64,000 bases of DNA from the human T2T-CHM13v2.0 reference genome, Homo sapiens, in assembly GCF_009914755.1 (NCBI RefSeq), contig NC_060926.1; one strand, written 5' to 3'. How positions within the stretch are numbered: the first letter of the stretch is position 1; each line of letters starts with the position of its first letter. Shown here piece by piece: positions 18,050 to 31,557 of the stretch. Made by a program: the position numbers and the translations under genes. The notes under the pieces are model-generated. The model saw only the letters and a list, made by a program, of their open reading frames with translations. It searched no databases and was not told the DNA's origin.

Positions 18050-18209
18050 AATATATTTGTCATTATATATATATTATATATTATTAATAATATATCAATG
18101 ATATATTTATATAATACATTAGTTATATAATGTATTAATATATTACACTATATTTTATTATATTATATTAATCTACAATATAGATTAATTATATTATATA
18201 ATATATATA
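18050..18209. repeat. AT-rich low-complexity (TA)n-like tract
   Basis: About 160 bp of almost only A/T with ATAT/TATTA units. Confidence 0.85.
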
Positions 18210-18564
18210 GGATAATCCTGTTAATTTGGGAGCTTTGGCTTAGGAAAAAATCTCTTAAGATTTTTCTAGAGCAGAACTTCCAAGTTAGACTAACATTTTG
18301 GATATTAATGGTCTACATATAGCTTCCCTAGAATCAACCTAATCCCAAGAAGACATGGAGATCAATTTACAATGAGCTTTTGGGCTTCCATACAGAACTA
18401 AGAAAACAGACTGAAATATAATCAACACAAACACTAAAAGTTAAAATTTCAATGTATTTCAAAAACATTTTGAAATGAAGTAGTGTGGTATAAGGAGAAT
18501 TGCACAAAATTAGTAAGAATCATAGAGTGCATAATCCTTCATTGCTTTTTTTAAAAAAATCCAG

Positions 18565-18670
18565 CACATATTGATTGAATGCCTGCTATATTTCAGGCAC
18601 TGTGTTATGGATTACGGATATAATCATAATCAAATACATATATTGGTCCTGTCTTTATGGAACCTTCTAT
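18565..18670 (-). mobile_element. L2 3' fragment
   Basis: ATATTGATTGAATGCCTGCTATATTTCAGGCACTGTG...GTCCTGTCTTTATGGAAC. Confidence 0.6.
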
Positions 18671-18759
18671 CTCAAGTAGTAAATGTTCAAAAAATTTGTT
18701 AAGTAATAAGTTATGAATCATAAAAATATATTTCAATGCAGGTCCCTATTGTGTTTCCA

Positions 18760-18946
18760 TCCATAGCCCTTATTATCTTCTCTTATACTATATTATTTAT
18801 TTATTTATTGTATTTATTGCAGACTATCTCCCCAAACTAAAATAACATCTCACAAGGGAGTAGATCTCTGTCTGTTTTATTTCCTCCTGGCTCCCAAGGA
18901 CCTAGAACAGTGTCTGGTATCAATAAATATTTGTTAAGTGAATGGA
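18760..18946 (+). mobile_element. L2 3' end
   Basis: CTCCCAAACTAAAAT...GTCTGTTTTATTT...CCTAGAACAGTGTCTGG...CAATAAATATTTGTTAAGTGAATG. Confidence 0.7.
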
Positions 18947-20194
18947 TAGGCCTGACTTTGCTTAACACCAAGTATGCAGAATGGGAACAGGAAACTAAAT
19001 TTAGCAAACAGGTACTACCCTGATAGCCACAAAAGGATACACCAATATAAAATAAAGGAAGCTGACTAATTCTCTAACACCACATACAAGACACATTCAT
19101 ATGCTATATGTGTATTTCTGCATTTATCAAAACATTTTCATGACATATTTTACTTAAGGCAATCCTTAGAGTTTAAAGAATGAATTAAACTTCTTGCCCA
19201 ACTGTTATTTGCAGAGATGGCTTTTGTAAAGGACTTGTTCTTCCCTTTTGCATGTGTGTATATATTTAAACACATGCAGGTACACGGTTTTCAGTTAAGT
19301 TTGTGTTGGGATAAACACACAGCATGAATCCTGGGGGCTATGAAATACATCTGTGTATATATAATCCAAAATTTATTATGGAAACACAAGAAAATTCTTC
19401 ACTTTTAAGTATGGTTAGATTGGGGATTAAGAATAAAATTTAGAATGTTAGACTCTTACCCTACCCATGCTCTATCCGAAAATGACTTTCTACCCATGTT
19501 GAGTGTACCCTCTTCTCATTATCTCCAGCTCTGATTTACTCATTCATTCATTCACATGATAATTTATGAGTGCTGTTCTAAGTCCTTGGAGTTACCTAAG
19601 AGCTCTTCTAAGCACTGTTGGGACAGGGTTATTTCCTTCTGCAAGACACAATAAGAAGGTTTTTGTTTGTTTTGTTTTGTTGTATATCTTTTCAAATTGC
19701 CATTCATCATTATTGACAATCCACATACCACTTAGTTTGTGAATATGTTTGTGTATTTAGTTTGACATTTTGGGTGGAAATAAAAGCCTTCTGTTTGTAG
19801 TTAATTAAAAATGAAAGTATTCATGTTGGGATTTTATTTTTAAAAATTGATCTGGTAAGACAAAGTGGTTTTTTTTTCAATCTTGCTGATATACAGTTCT
19901 TTTTTTAATGAAAAAATGTCAAAAAACTTAAGTAAATTAAATTTTGCTATCTGCTGTATTTGTTCAATTTAGTTGGAAAGTTTAAAAATACCTCCAATCC
20001 ATCTATATTTGCTGAAGAATAAATCTAGACTTTATATGTATATATTATTATACATTGATGGCTATAAGACACATTCATGATCATGCAGTTTCTTCATTTG
20101 CACATAATATTTACAACATATGCAATTATTTTATTTTTATTATATACAATAAAAGGCAGGCCATTTTCACTTTTTAAAAGTCTCCTCTGAATGA

Positions 20195-20325
20195 TACATT
20201 GATGGCTATAAGACACATTCATGATCATTCTAGGCCAGCCCCCTCACTTTACAGGTGAGGAAACAGAGGCAAAAAAGCAAGTCTTGCCTTAGCAGAGCTA
20301 TGCTAGAATTCACATCTTTTGACAT
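20195..20325 (-). mobile_element. MIR fragment
   Basis: GATCATTCTAGGCCAGCCCCTCACTTTACAGGTGAGGAAACAGAGGC is the antisense MIR core. Confidence 0.7.
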
Positions 20326-21039
20326 TAATCTGTATTGTGTTTATTCCAGGACTCCAGATTAATGTTAATCTGTAGGATAATATATGAGTTTAAGATTAGA
20401 AAAATCTTAGGGAATGTGAACAATATCAATGTGACTGAACAGAGTCTTAGTCATATTAATTAAAGTGGATTGACTTTTATATGTTCAGTTGGATGGGAAA
20501 TCAGTGTTCTATCAGTATTTCCTCAATATCATATTCATGGCAGAATATTCCTTTAGAATTTTCAAAACACATTTTGCTACTATGAATTGTGTAGTTACGT
20601 ATTAACGAGGATGGTTGTATGGTTATCATTTTCGCACCAGAAGAAAAATAAACCCACAATACACAACCCTGAAATAAGGAAAGTAGAACAAGCTCTTCTA
20701 CTATCAAATTTTCTTCCAGAGCCTGTGGCATGCCTCCACATCTGTGATCTGTGTCTGGGCCCTAGAATTCTTCTAGGGTCATCACAATGCTGCAGAGATG
20801 GACTCAAATCAGATGCAAATTTAATCAGGTGAACAACAACAGACTCAGAACACATCTAAGATGATTATTTTTACATTTTTTTGTCACTGTTGCTACTGTT
20901 AAGCAGTGGTCTCTTGCTAAAACACAACCTCACTCAGAAACCAATATATAAAGAAAGGTTCCCTAGATGAAACTGAGTGCCCCACAGAAATGTCTGGTTC
21001 AGTCTCATTATTTTACAAGGATTGAAAAGGAAGCCAGAT

Positions 21040-21960
21040 TGGGAGTCCTTCCCACGGTCTACATCTAGAGTCTGGACTTACTTCTCACCACTCCTGCACA
21101 CACTGGCTCTTCCCAGGTCTCACTCCACCTTTTCCTTCCTGCCAAGCATGCTCCAGCATCACATGCTGCCTCCTTTTCTGGGAGCACTGTTGCCACAGTC
21201 TTGATACAGCTCCTTCGTGTTGAGGTTTCAGCTCAATTTTGCCTATTCAGGAAATTTGCTGGTACCAACCACTCTCTTTCCTTCTTTATTGAGAGAAACT
21301 CAGTTGCATAAAATTGGACTAATCTTAATCTTTGGTTCATGAAGCATTCTCATATTGGAGCCATGCATGGTTTCCTTTACTTTCATTAGTTACTTAATTA
21401 GTTATTTTAAATGTGTACTAATTACCTGTCAGCTTAAAGCACACACAAAAAGCTAGGATCTTGATAATGACTTACATGTATTACTTCCATTAACCCGTCC
21501 CTATGCCTTCTCCAATCTGAACTCTGTGGTCACATCATTATTTTCAGTTATATGTACTTTCATTGCGTCCATATATAACATACACACACACACATTATTT
21601 TAGTTGTTTTAAACTTTAGTAAATAGTTATCAGTCTGCATGCAATCTTTTAGGACTTACAATTTTTATATAATATTTGATTGTTGAACTTGATTCATATA
21701 TTCATATGCTACTCAAGTTCACTTATTTTGGTTACCGTTAAGTATCTCATTGTGTGGCTTATTCACCCATCAGTTACTTTCTACGTCATCACTCTGTCTT
21801 ATTTGCTTCATAAAACATAGCAGTATTTGTAGAACATACCAACTTTATTAATTTGTTTACTTGTTTATCATCTGCTTCTCACTGCTAGGACATACTTTTT
21901 AAAGGACAGAGATATATCTTATTTATCACGCTATTTCAAATTATTCATGTAACATATATT
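21040..21960 (+). mobile_element. L2 fragments, interrupted by an antisense L1M-like piece at ~21500-21770
   Basis: CACACTGGCTCTTCCCAGG...TCAGCTCAATT and TTGTTTACTTGTTTATCATCTGCTTCTC...GGACAGAGAT are L2 3' motifs. Confidence 0.5.
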
Positions 21961-23923
21961 GCATTAAAAAAATGAAAAAAGAATTCACTCTAGACAAACT
22001 GAACACCTTGAGTTTCCTTAATATGTCAGGTTGTTTCTTATCTATTGTCCTTCCTTCATTGCCTTTAAAGCTCTGTCACTTAGATTTGTGATTTGAAGCA
22101 GCCTAACATACGCCTGCTTCTTTTTACTTATCGTCTATATTTACAAATTTAAAATGGATGACTTATCATAAAAAATTATAAATGACATAAAATATACAAA
22201 ATGCCTGGCACATTCTGAATGGTCAGCAAATAGTAACAAGTATGACTGCTACTCCAATCACATTACTTGGAGTGAATATAACCCCCATCCCCCTGGGTAG
22301 TTTTCTCATCCATCAAGGCTCAGCAAAAGTTTCACCCGCTTCAGGGAAGCTCTGAGATACCTCTCTATCCCCTGTACCTATCCTAACACTAGCACACTGC
22401 TCTGAATTTGTTATTCTACTTATCCACCCCCATATCCCACAACTCTTTCTTGGGGACTGTGTCTTATTTGTTTACTTATTGACTAGTCCTCTTTCCTCTA
22501 ATGCCATGTTAAACAAGTACCCTTTGAGTGGCTCATTCCAGCTTCCAGTTATTGTAAATCACACTGGATTTTATTAACTTGAGGGCATCATCAGTATCTG
22601 CTTCCCTGATCTCTATGCTAACAACCCAGTTAAGAAATAAGGGGCTTAATCAAGGTGCTAAATTTGAGGAGCCTACTCTACTTGGCCAAATAACTAATGG
22701 GCTCTTTCCTATGACACCCTTTCTTTATAATGATTCCCTTTTTATTTCGTACCACTTCTATTTTACTCTTTTGACTTAAAGATACATTTAATTATTAGCC
22801 TTTAATTTGTTTATTTCTATGTTTGATCTTTTAAATTTCCTACTGTTAACAATATATTTTTAGTTAACTTTATAGTAGCTTCTAAAATTAGCATAACTAA
22901 AATAAATTAACGTTGAATACTAGAAAGCAATAAACATCATTCCAAAATGAAACAAAATATCAAAATTTGTATAATTTTCATATTTTTATCAATGCAATAA
23001 AAATATAAAAATGTATGTTTAAGTAGGTCACATTAAAAAATAAAATACAACCCAGGTAGCAGAAATGTTTATAACAATGAAGTGAAATGAAATTACATTT
23101 CATCTACGTGATCTTTTAATTATATTTTTATTAATCTTGCACCATTAATTAATAGGGTTATAAGACAGCACATTTAACAAGGACTGCATAGAGCACTTTG
23201 ATATGGCCACATAAGGCATGAGAATCTAATACTGATGGTCATATATTCTATAAAACTTAACATATACCAGGATGAAAATAGAGTGGAACACATTAAAATG
23301 TAGGTTAAAAAAATAATTAAAAAAAACCCAAGTCATAAAAGCTTATGCTAAATTAAATACAGAGGGATAGAAAGAAAAACAGCAAACATTATTTGCTAAT
23401 GAAAAAGTACTTAGCTTGGAGATGAATGAATAAAAATCATAATTAAAGAATCTCTAATTAGGCTCATTCTAATGTTTCAGTTCTTGTAAGACAGTTCCAA
23501 CTATGCTTTCAAAAGGTTTTTCAAAATTTCAGAGTTAAGTGGCTACTGGGACAACAAAGGCAACCCTCGTGTCCACTTCAAACAAGTCCAGTCTAATACT
23601 GAAATAGATGTTTTACTCATGAAGGGTCATGTTATGTGTGCAGTTCACTGTGCTCTCTATATCAATTGGATAATGAGAGAGCTTTTCAGGGTCTTGTTAA
23701 AAACTTTAGCCAGATGTCACCCCAAATCACCACCACTAATTTCCGTACTACAAAACAGCCTTTGACCTAATGAGTAGTCAAATATTCCAGCTATGGCTTT
23801 TTCTTAGTGTTTCTACAAACATGACTGTTATCTAAGAAAAAAGACTAAGAAAAATCATTGGAATGTTATGTTTCCTAACAAACTATTAAGTATGATTTAG
23901 TTACTTAAAATAATAGTAATGTT

Positions 23924-24241
<318 letters not shown>

Positions 24242-24865
24242 TTAAAAGTAAATCATCCATTTGTATTTCTTTTTAACTAGAAACTAGACCAGAAGTTCTG
24301 CAGTAACAGGACAAATGTGGCGTCAAGCCAAGGTGACACACTCATTTTTGTTCTTCCCAAGAACATCTTCAGCTGTCTGTACTTGAAAGTAAAAGGTGAA
24401 TAAATACCTGAATATAAAAATTCATATAGCTACTGTAGCTTTTATACCTATCATGTCACAGCATTCAAATTAGTTTTCAGTAAATATTAACTATTATGTC
24501 TTACTCTAGTGATAGCATCTCCACAGACTTGAAATATAAGCCATGGATTTGAAAAAAAAGTTGATTATTATGAGAGATGCATATGCCTGAGTATTCTGTC
24601 CTTACTGAGAATAATTTTTTATATCTTACAAATTAATAAGATACGTTTAGAGCATAGCACTCTTCACAAAAATACATTATTAAAACTAAAAATACATTTT
24701 TCTCTTTAAGAACTGTCACAAATAAAATGATTCTATTTATGTATTAGCCTTTAGTCTCTGATAATTGGATTTATCTTTTAAAATATTTTAGACATAATGC
24801 ATTAAAGATAAAAACTCTCCTTATCAAATACTGAAATATGTTTCTTGAAATAACAATTAAATAAA

Positions 24866-24947
24866 TATATGTATGTGTGTGTGTATATATATATACACAT
24901 AAACGTGTGTGTGTATATATATATACATATATATACACACATATATG
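24866..24947. repeat. Compound (TG)n/(TA)n/(CA)n microsatellite
   Basis: Two GTGTGTGTGTATATATATATACA units followed by TA/CA runs. Confidence 0.85.
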
Positions 24948-25234
24948 TAACCAGCATCCTTGTGTATCAGAAGGGGTTAGATTCTAGTGATGGCAATTTC
25001 AAAAAGGGGCTGGCATGTAAAGTAAATATGTGAACCATCCTCGATAGAACAGGGAGCGAGGGGTCAGAGGATAGCTGAAGAACACATTCCCTGTCTATAC
25101 GCATTGATATTAAAATAGTTTGATGCACTGAATTGAATAAACTACATATATATAGTTTATATATATATAAATAAATAAGACTATATATATAGTTTATATA
25201 TATGTTTGCAGGTGATATGTTGACATATAAATTA

Positions 25235-25425
25235 GAATTCTTGTGTTCAAATTTCAGTTTGGCAGCTATGAAATCTCTAGAAACTGATCAAATATTTTCT
25301 AGGTTCAGATATTCTGCCTGTGAAGTGAGGATAACACTTCCTTCACAAGTAAAGGAAAAATAATATATAAGAGTAGATATAAAAACTGCCTGGAACAGTG
25401 CCTGACAAACAGCAGATACCCAGCA
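25235..25425 (+). mobile_element. MIR fragment
   Basis: GTTCAAATTTCAGTTT...CCTGTGAAGTGAGGATAAC...GCCTGGAACAGTGCCTGAC. Confidence 0.55.
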
Positions 25426-25464
25426 TATTCTAGAATCCTTTCCCCATCCCCTTGTAATCACAAT

Positions 25465-25955
25465 CTATCAGGATGACCTTGGGTGCAAGTGCAGTGAAGT
25501 ATCATATGGTTTTTCAAGTAAGGAGCTGATGATTGCACATAAGTACTCTAGAAATAAGGCAGCTCCCTGACTGGTTAATTCAATTACTTAAAGATGTCTT
25601 AAGTCTAAGGACGTCTTAGTTTTCAGGTTCTCTCCATTTTTCTGCTCTGCCATTCTCAGTGTTCCACTGAAAAGAAACTCCTTTACATTGATTTCTTCAT
25701 CCAGTAGAGGAAACCCTTCCCAGAAGCTTCTCAGCAGAGTTCACTTTGTAAATATAAGGCATAATTACAAAAGATTCCCATACTCTAATCAAGACCTGGC
25801 AAGGAGAATGGACTACAATGATTTGTTTAGACTCAGATCTAGCTCTGAGCTATAGATAGATATGATCATCTTCCCTGAGGGATGGATAGAAAAAATAGGA
25901 ATTTTTCTGTTAAGCAGGAAGAAAAGATATGAATTTGGATTGGCAACCAACCAAG
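25465..25955 (-). mobile_element. Old MLT1 (K/L-like) LTR
   Basis: TTCCCAGAAGCTTCTCAGCAGAGTTC, CTGGCAAGGAGAATGGACTACAATGATT and TTCTGTTAAGCAGGAAGAA are antisense MaLR motifs. Confidence 0.6.
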
Positions 25956-28495
25956 GATACTCATGTTGGATTCTGTAAATATATCAATTTTCACTTCCAT
26001 TAATTTTATGATTAGCATAATTGTTCAAGCAGAAGCAGCATTCTTGGCTAACATGGCTCAGGTTTCCACTGAGTCATTCTAATATCAAGCTAAATGAATA
26101 TCAGATTAGACTAGACCTGGTCATTTTCAAACTATATTAAAGTATCCTTTTTAAAATGAAACTTTCTAGAAGAGTCCCAATTTATCTAGGAGATAAAAAG
26201 TAGATCTGCCTGGTTGAACTGAAGCATGGTATGTGACTGTACCCCAGTTCACTGGATGCCACCCCTAGGTGCATATTCAGAGCATTTACTATGAAAATGA
26301 GTGTAGTCGATCTTTACAGTCCCTTCTAGACCTTTAATTTTATGTCTATGAAACTGACAATATGTCATCCTTCCGCAATTTGCTAGCATGTCAGTTTGCT
26401 TCAAGATGTGTTTGATGGGTTGCATATTTTTATGATACGACAAAGGAGTAGTATAAAGATATCAGAGAAATTACCATATAACACAATTGAAATAGGCTAG
26501 TTGAAAGGAAAATGCAAAATCAAAAACAAAACAAAGCAAAGTCACTGTAAATTCACCCTGAAGCAAAACTGGAGGCAGTGCAGGAGAATTCTAGTCCCCT
26601 GGAAAGGCAGGTGGCAAAGTCACTGCGACTGCTCAACAACTTACAGACTCTTAACAGCAGATCTCAAAGGAGTGATGATGAAAACAGCTGCAGCTGCTAA
26701 CCAGAGAGTAGGGGCAAAATACATATGGATAGCTTGAACTGTAAGATCTTTCGTGTAAATTTTTGTTTTATCAACAAGTGGGTCACTTAAAAAAAAAAAA
26801 GAAGGGGGGTAGGGGCAACTGACTTTAAGGGAAGAAGACATTTTTTAATTAGATCATATTAGGAGAACAGTTAATATTTTTTTACTTTGTTCCAAATAAA
26901 CTAGGTAGAAATCAAGATAACCAATAAAATATTCCTGAAAGACTCAATAAATATCGAATTTGATGTCATCAATATGGAAGTGGGCCAGTACAAGGCCTGG
27001 AAACAGTAAATCTCAGCAGATATCAATACAATTTGTTGTAGAATCTGAATCTCACAAAGTGAAATTTAGGATCACTTGTTCAGCAGCAGGGTCAAACTTA
27101 AAGGTGGAGTAATAGCAATTTACCTTCTTGATGTACCACTTGGGTAATCTGTGAAAGATGCTGGCCTGTAAGGAGAATCTAAAGTCTCCCAGGGGGACCA
27201 AATTTCAAATGGTAAAGTCATATAGATTTTAAAAACCTATTCATATATTTTAAAACTTTTTTCCTAAGCTAATGTAGGCCAAAGCTTTACATTCAGTCAT
27301 AATGCATAAACATGTCAACCACAATCCTTTACTGAGAGATCCTACAATCTCCTCATAGGGAATATTTTTCCTTAATATTTTTAGGGAAAGATCTTTTTTA
27401 AGCCCATTAAAGTTGCAAAGGCTAATGAAATGTTAAATAATGGGGGATCTTATTGGATTTAATCATCACCCCAGCTCTGCTTCATTAACCATCTCTGCTC
27501 AGCCTTCCACAACTTCAGCTCTTCAAAAGTTACGCAAAGTAACAAAAATACATCTTTTGAAGGCTGATGGAGCAAATAATCCAGATGAATATTTAGAAAT
27601 GCATGGCTCCATTGTGATTTCCTGGTTCTCTACCATGCCATTTTTCTGCCTCCAGTATGAGTTAGCCACAAGGACTCTCTACATAAAACCACTCTGACAC
27701 TTGAAGTTTTATGTGTTCAGGAAAGGGTAAAAACACTATGCAAGGAATATCTAATTGTGGTTTAAAATTTCTGTTGACTGGAAAAAATAGGGCATGTGAG
27801 ATTCTTGATTAATTTTTTTTATTTTGAATGGTCCTAAAATTTCATCTTATGATGTATAATCAATATGAAGTCACATTCAGTAAATAGAGTCATGGTTAAT
27901 TTGAAGCAGATCCTAAAACATTTAATGAAAAACATCATTTCCACTCACCTTCATTCTTTCAAAGAATTCAGTCTTTGAATTCCTATGTCATTTTATTTTT
28001 TGGTAGGTTCTGATGAAGACAAATCATTTGCTTATGGATACTTTGGCTGAGATGCATTTAATGAAAGATTCAGTACCGTGAAGTAGGTCATGATCATATT
28101 AAATGAGAATACAAGCAAATATTGATACAAGTGAAGCAACAATAAAGTTGCAAAACCAAGGGGAACCTGACCTACGAGAAATGTGGGAGTGTGTGTTTGA
28201 GGAACAGTTGAATACCTTGGGGTTGCAGGGTTGAATAAAGGAGCTTCCTAGAATTAGAACTGGGAAGAGTATACAAGACACATAAGGGAAAACTTAACAG
28301 TATTGCCTATGTTTATTGCTACTTAAAAGGCAAAGAAATGCTAAGTATAAATAAAAATAAGCCAACAAAATCATGTCAGGTCTTTATCTAAAAATAGGTT
28401 GTATAATATATATCTTGCCTTCTTGATGGGGATTTCTGAAGAAGTTAGAAAGATGAAGTGAGTTAACGATGGAAAAATATTTTGTAAATGATGGC

Positions 28496-29063
28496 TGCTC
28501 TGGGAGTCCCCAACATTAGCCTTCATTCAGATATATAGACACACGGGTCTCAATATACAGTTTTACTCATGGATAAAATTGATTACAGCAATGAAAATAA
28601 GAACACACTTTCAGATCATAAGGTAAAAAGTCACAGGCAGAGTCTGCAAGAATCCATATGCAAACTTACTTATACCCACTTCCTCCCATGAAGGGTTGCA
28701 CAGAGAGCATTCTTCCCCCAGAAATAAACATGTAGCAACATGTGTGTGATATTTCTACGAGGGAAATCCATTAGAGATTTAGGCATCCAAAATTTTTATT
28801 AGAAGGTAGTCACATATATTGGTACTCTCTGCTTAGTACATACCAAACTTCCAGAGTCATAGAAGGAAAGCAGGTGTTCAGCATAAACCACATTGTTTGC
28901 ACAACAATCGAAGGACAATAGACCATGCATATCAGTTGAAGAATAGTGAGAACACTACAAATATTCAACTTCCCAAACACCAGACAAGGGCCAATCTTGC
29001 AAGCAAGCCCTTCTATGAATAGCAGTTTCAGGTCTGCTGTGTTAATTAACTCTTTTCTGCACA
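28496..29063 (-). mobile_element. MER21-family LTR
   Basis: The minus strand starts TGTGCAGAAAAGAGTTAA...CACAGCAGACCTGAAACTGCTAT...GCTTGCTTGCAAGATTGGCCCTTG; also GGAAAGCAGGTGTTCAGCATAAACCACATTGTTTGCAC. Confidence 0.85.
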
Positions 29064-29852
29064 ATGACAGCTGCAAAATAGCTTGCTATATATTATTATA
29101 TAATATTTCGGTAATATTATAAATTAGAAAAGATTATATGAAATGAGGTTATTAAATTATAAGGAAGCTTTAGTTTTAATAAGAAATTATGTGTAACATA
29201 CAAAGGCACAATGGGAGCCAAATAGTTAAGTACAGTAGAAGTAAGAGAAAAGTTTTTTAAAATATTGTTCCATCTCTAAAAAAGGAAACCAGTTTTAGGC
29301 AATAGAAGAAAAATGCCATTAAGCAACTTTTAAAACTTCTTTTATGGTTCCAAAACCATTTGATTATGAAATACATCTAAATAATAAATTTTGGTGGTTA
29401 AACTTCAAACATGGCAAGATTATACATAAAATAGATCTTAAAATTCTATAATTCCATATCACAGGATATTGTGCATGATAAATTGTTGACAGGTTAATCC
29501 TAATCCAAATCTATGATACTGAATCTGTTCGATTCACAGCTAAACATGACTTGAAGAGTTTCCACCAAAGTGCTCCAAAATGCTTATAGAATTCAGACAT
29601 CAATTCTAGAGGGAAAGGTTAAAAGTACTTGGGTTATTGAACCAGTAGTCAAGTGAATGACTGAAAAACTCCTCTCAAGTACATAAAGGGCTCTTAAATA
29701 GATTCTCTGCACCAAAGAAAGCATGAGAGGCTTAATCTAAAGCATAGAGGATTAAGGTTAGATAAAAGGAAAAATTTATAGGCAAGGAGAGTTGTTTAAC
29801 ACAGACATGTATCGTAGATTCTCCTCGGGAAATATTAAGACTTAAAGGCTTA

Positions 29853-30065
29853 TGTAGCAAAGGGTTTAAAATCATAGACTCTCAATCCAAGCTGCCTAGG
29901 GTTGAATCTCCTTCTCACTAACTAACTGGGTAGGCTTGGGCAAGTTATTTAACTTCTCTGTAACTCAGTAGTCTCCACATCTTTAAAAATGAAATACTAA
30001 TCGAGTTTGTGTGTGAATAAAAAATACACATAAAAGCCCTAGAATAGGTCCTGTCATCTCTCTAG
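29853..30065 (+). mobile_element. MIR
   Basis: GCTGCCTAGGGTTGAATCTCC...CTTGGGCAAGTTATTTAACTTCTCTGTAACTCAG (MIR core). Confidence 0.8.
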
Positions 30066-31422
30066 GCACTAGGTTCCCATTTACTAATGTTGTCATTTTC
30101 TGTGGATAATATATTATGTTCCAGGTATTATACAGGGTAGCAAATAAAGACAGATGGTGAGACAATGCAGTTATAGAGGTGAATCAGAAAATGACTCATA
30201 TTCTTGAAGAAACTTCTAATCTAGTGGGGAAGGTGGTCATAAACATATCTACAAAGCACATGGGAGGAGCTCTGTGGCCCGTGCTGAGGGTTAGCTGAAT
30301 GCCAAAGTGGACTGCTTGGGTACCATCATTCAGATGGTGAATTACACAGTGCTATTTCATGGGTAATGACTGTGAAATCAGAGTGAAAAAGTAGGAGTAC
30401 CAGAGTGCGGAGAATCAACAGCAGAGCTGGTGTCACCCTCACTTGTGTTCGCTTTCCATGTATTGCAACTTTCTGTAGTTTACAATGGCCCACTTGAGTG
30501 AGTTTATGAAAGTCTGGTTATTTGAGTAATTTCTGTGAGTGTGTGTCAGCGGGGTGGGGGATGGTGGTGGTATTTGATCCTATCTGAAAGTTATCCAAGC
30601 TCTTGACTTCCAATAATCAGTACCAGCCATCATCTCTACATAGCCTCTGCTTCAGTCATCCCCTCAGTGTTTAACTTGAGATAATTTTAAAACACATGTT
30701 AAATATCACATATGATACAGCTTTACCTTTAAAATGCAGAATATTTTCCACTTATTACTTAGTTTATAATTACTATGGACAGCATATTCTTGAAAGCAGC
30801 CGTTATAAAACTCAAGATATTAAAAGTGAAGTTTTTTAACCATTCTTTTCCCATTGTCTTCACTTCAACTTTCAAAAACAAATACAATTCATATCCTTAT
30901 TGCAGTTTCAGGCATTTTCTGCTTATGTGGGTATGTCCAAAAATGTCAGTGTAAAATTGGCATTATATTGTATGTAAACAAAATTCAATAATATTAAACC
31001 CTTCTTAATGATAAACATTTTATGGTTTAAAAATATATTTGAAATAGACAAATAATTCCAGAAACACAATAACGGGTCTGTGATTCGGACTAACGGGTCT
31101 GTATTGGAGGTCACAGCTCCTATTTTAAGGTACAGTGCAAACTGGATCACCTTCCAACATGTTGGCTAGAACTGAAGCTAGTGAACTCTGATTTTTCACC
31201 CAAGGAAAAGCTATTTTCTAAGCATCCTACTGTGAAATTTGCTTACAGCAAGAAAAAAGAAAAGCAGAAATGATTTACCAACTGAATAAGTGTAGGTAAT
31301 TTTACTGTATGTGCATTCTTAAATGTTTAATACAACAATGGACCACCTCTTTGCATGGAGTTAAAGATTCCTTTTTACATAATGTGTCCCAATAAACAAA
31401 GAAGCAAAATATTGAAAGAAAT

Positions 31423-31557
31423 AAAGAGAGAGAGAGAGGGAGAGAGGGAGAGAGAGAAGGAGGAGGAGGAGGAGGAGGAGGAGGAGGGAAAGAAAGAAAG
31501 AGAGAGAGAGAGAAAGAGAGAAAGAAGAGAAAAGAAAAGAAAAGAAAGAAAGAAAGA
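31423..31557 (+). repeat. Polypurine compound repeat (GA)n(GGA)n(GAAA)n
   Basis: About 135 bp of uninterrupted A/G. Confidence 0.95.

Noticed and set aside
20587-20855. Overlapping 76-86-aa ORFs in unique sequence
   Set aside because: No convincing splice-site pair and no recognisable domain; lengths are compatible with chance.
26557-26700. Protein-looking plus frame PEAKLEAVQENSSPLERQVAKSLRLLNNLQ...SCSC*
   Set aside because: In-frame stop just upstream, no ATG or plus-strand acceptor, and no family recognised.
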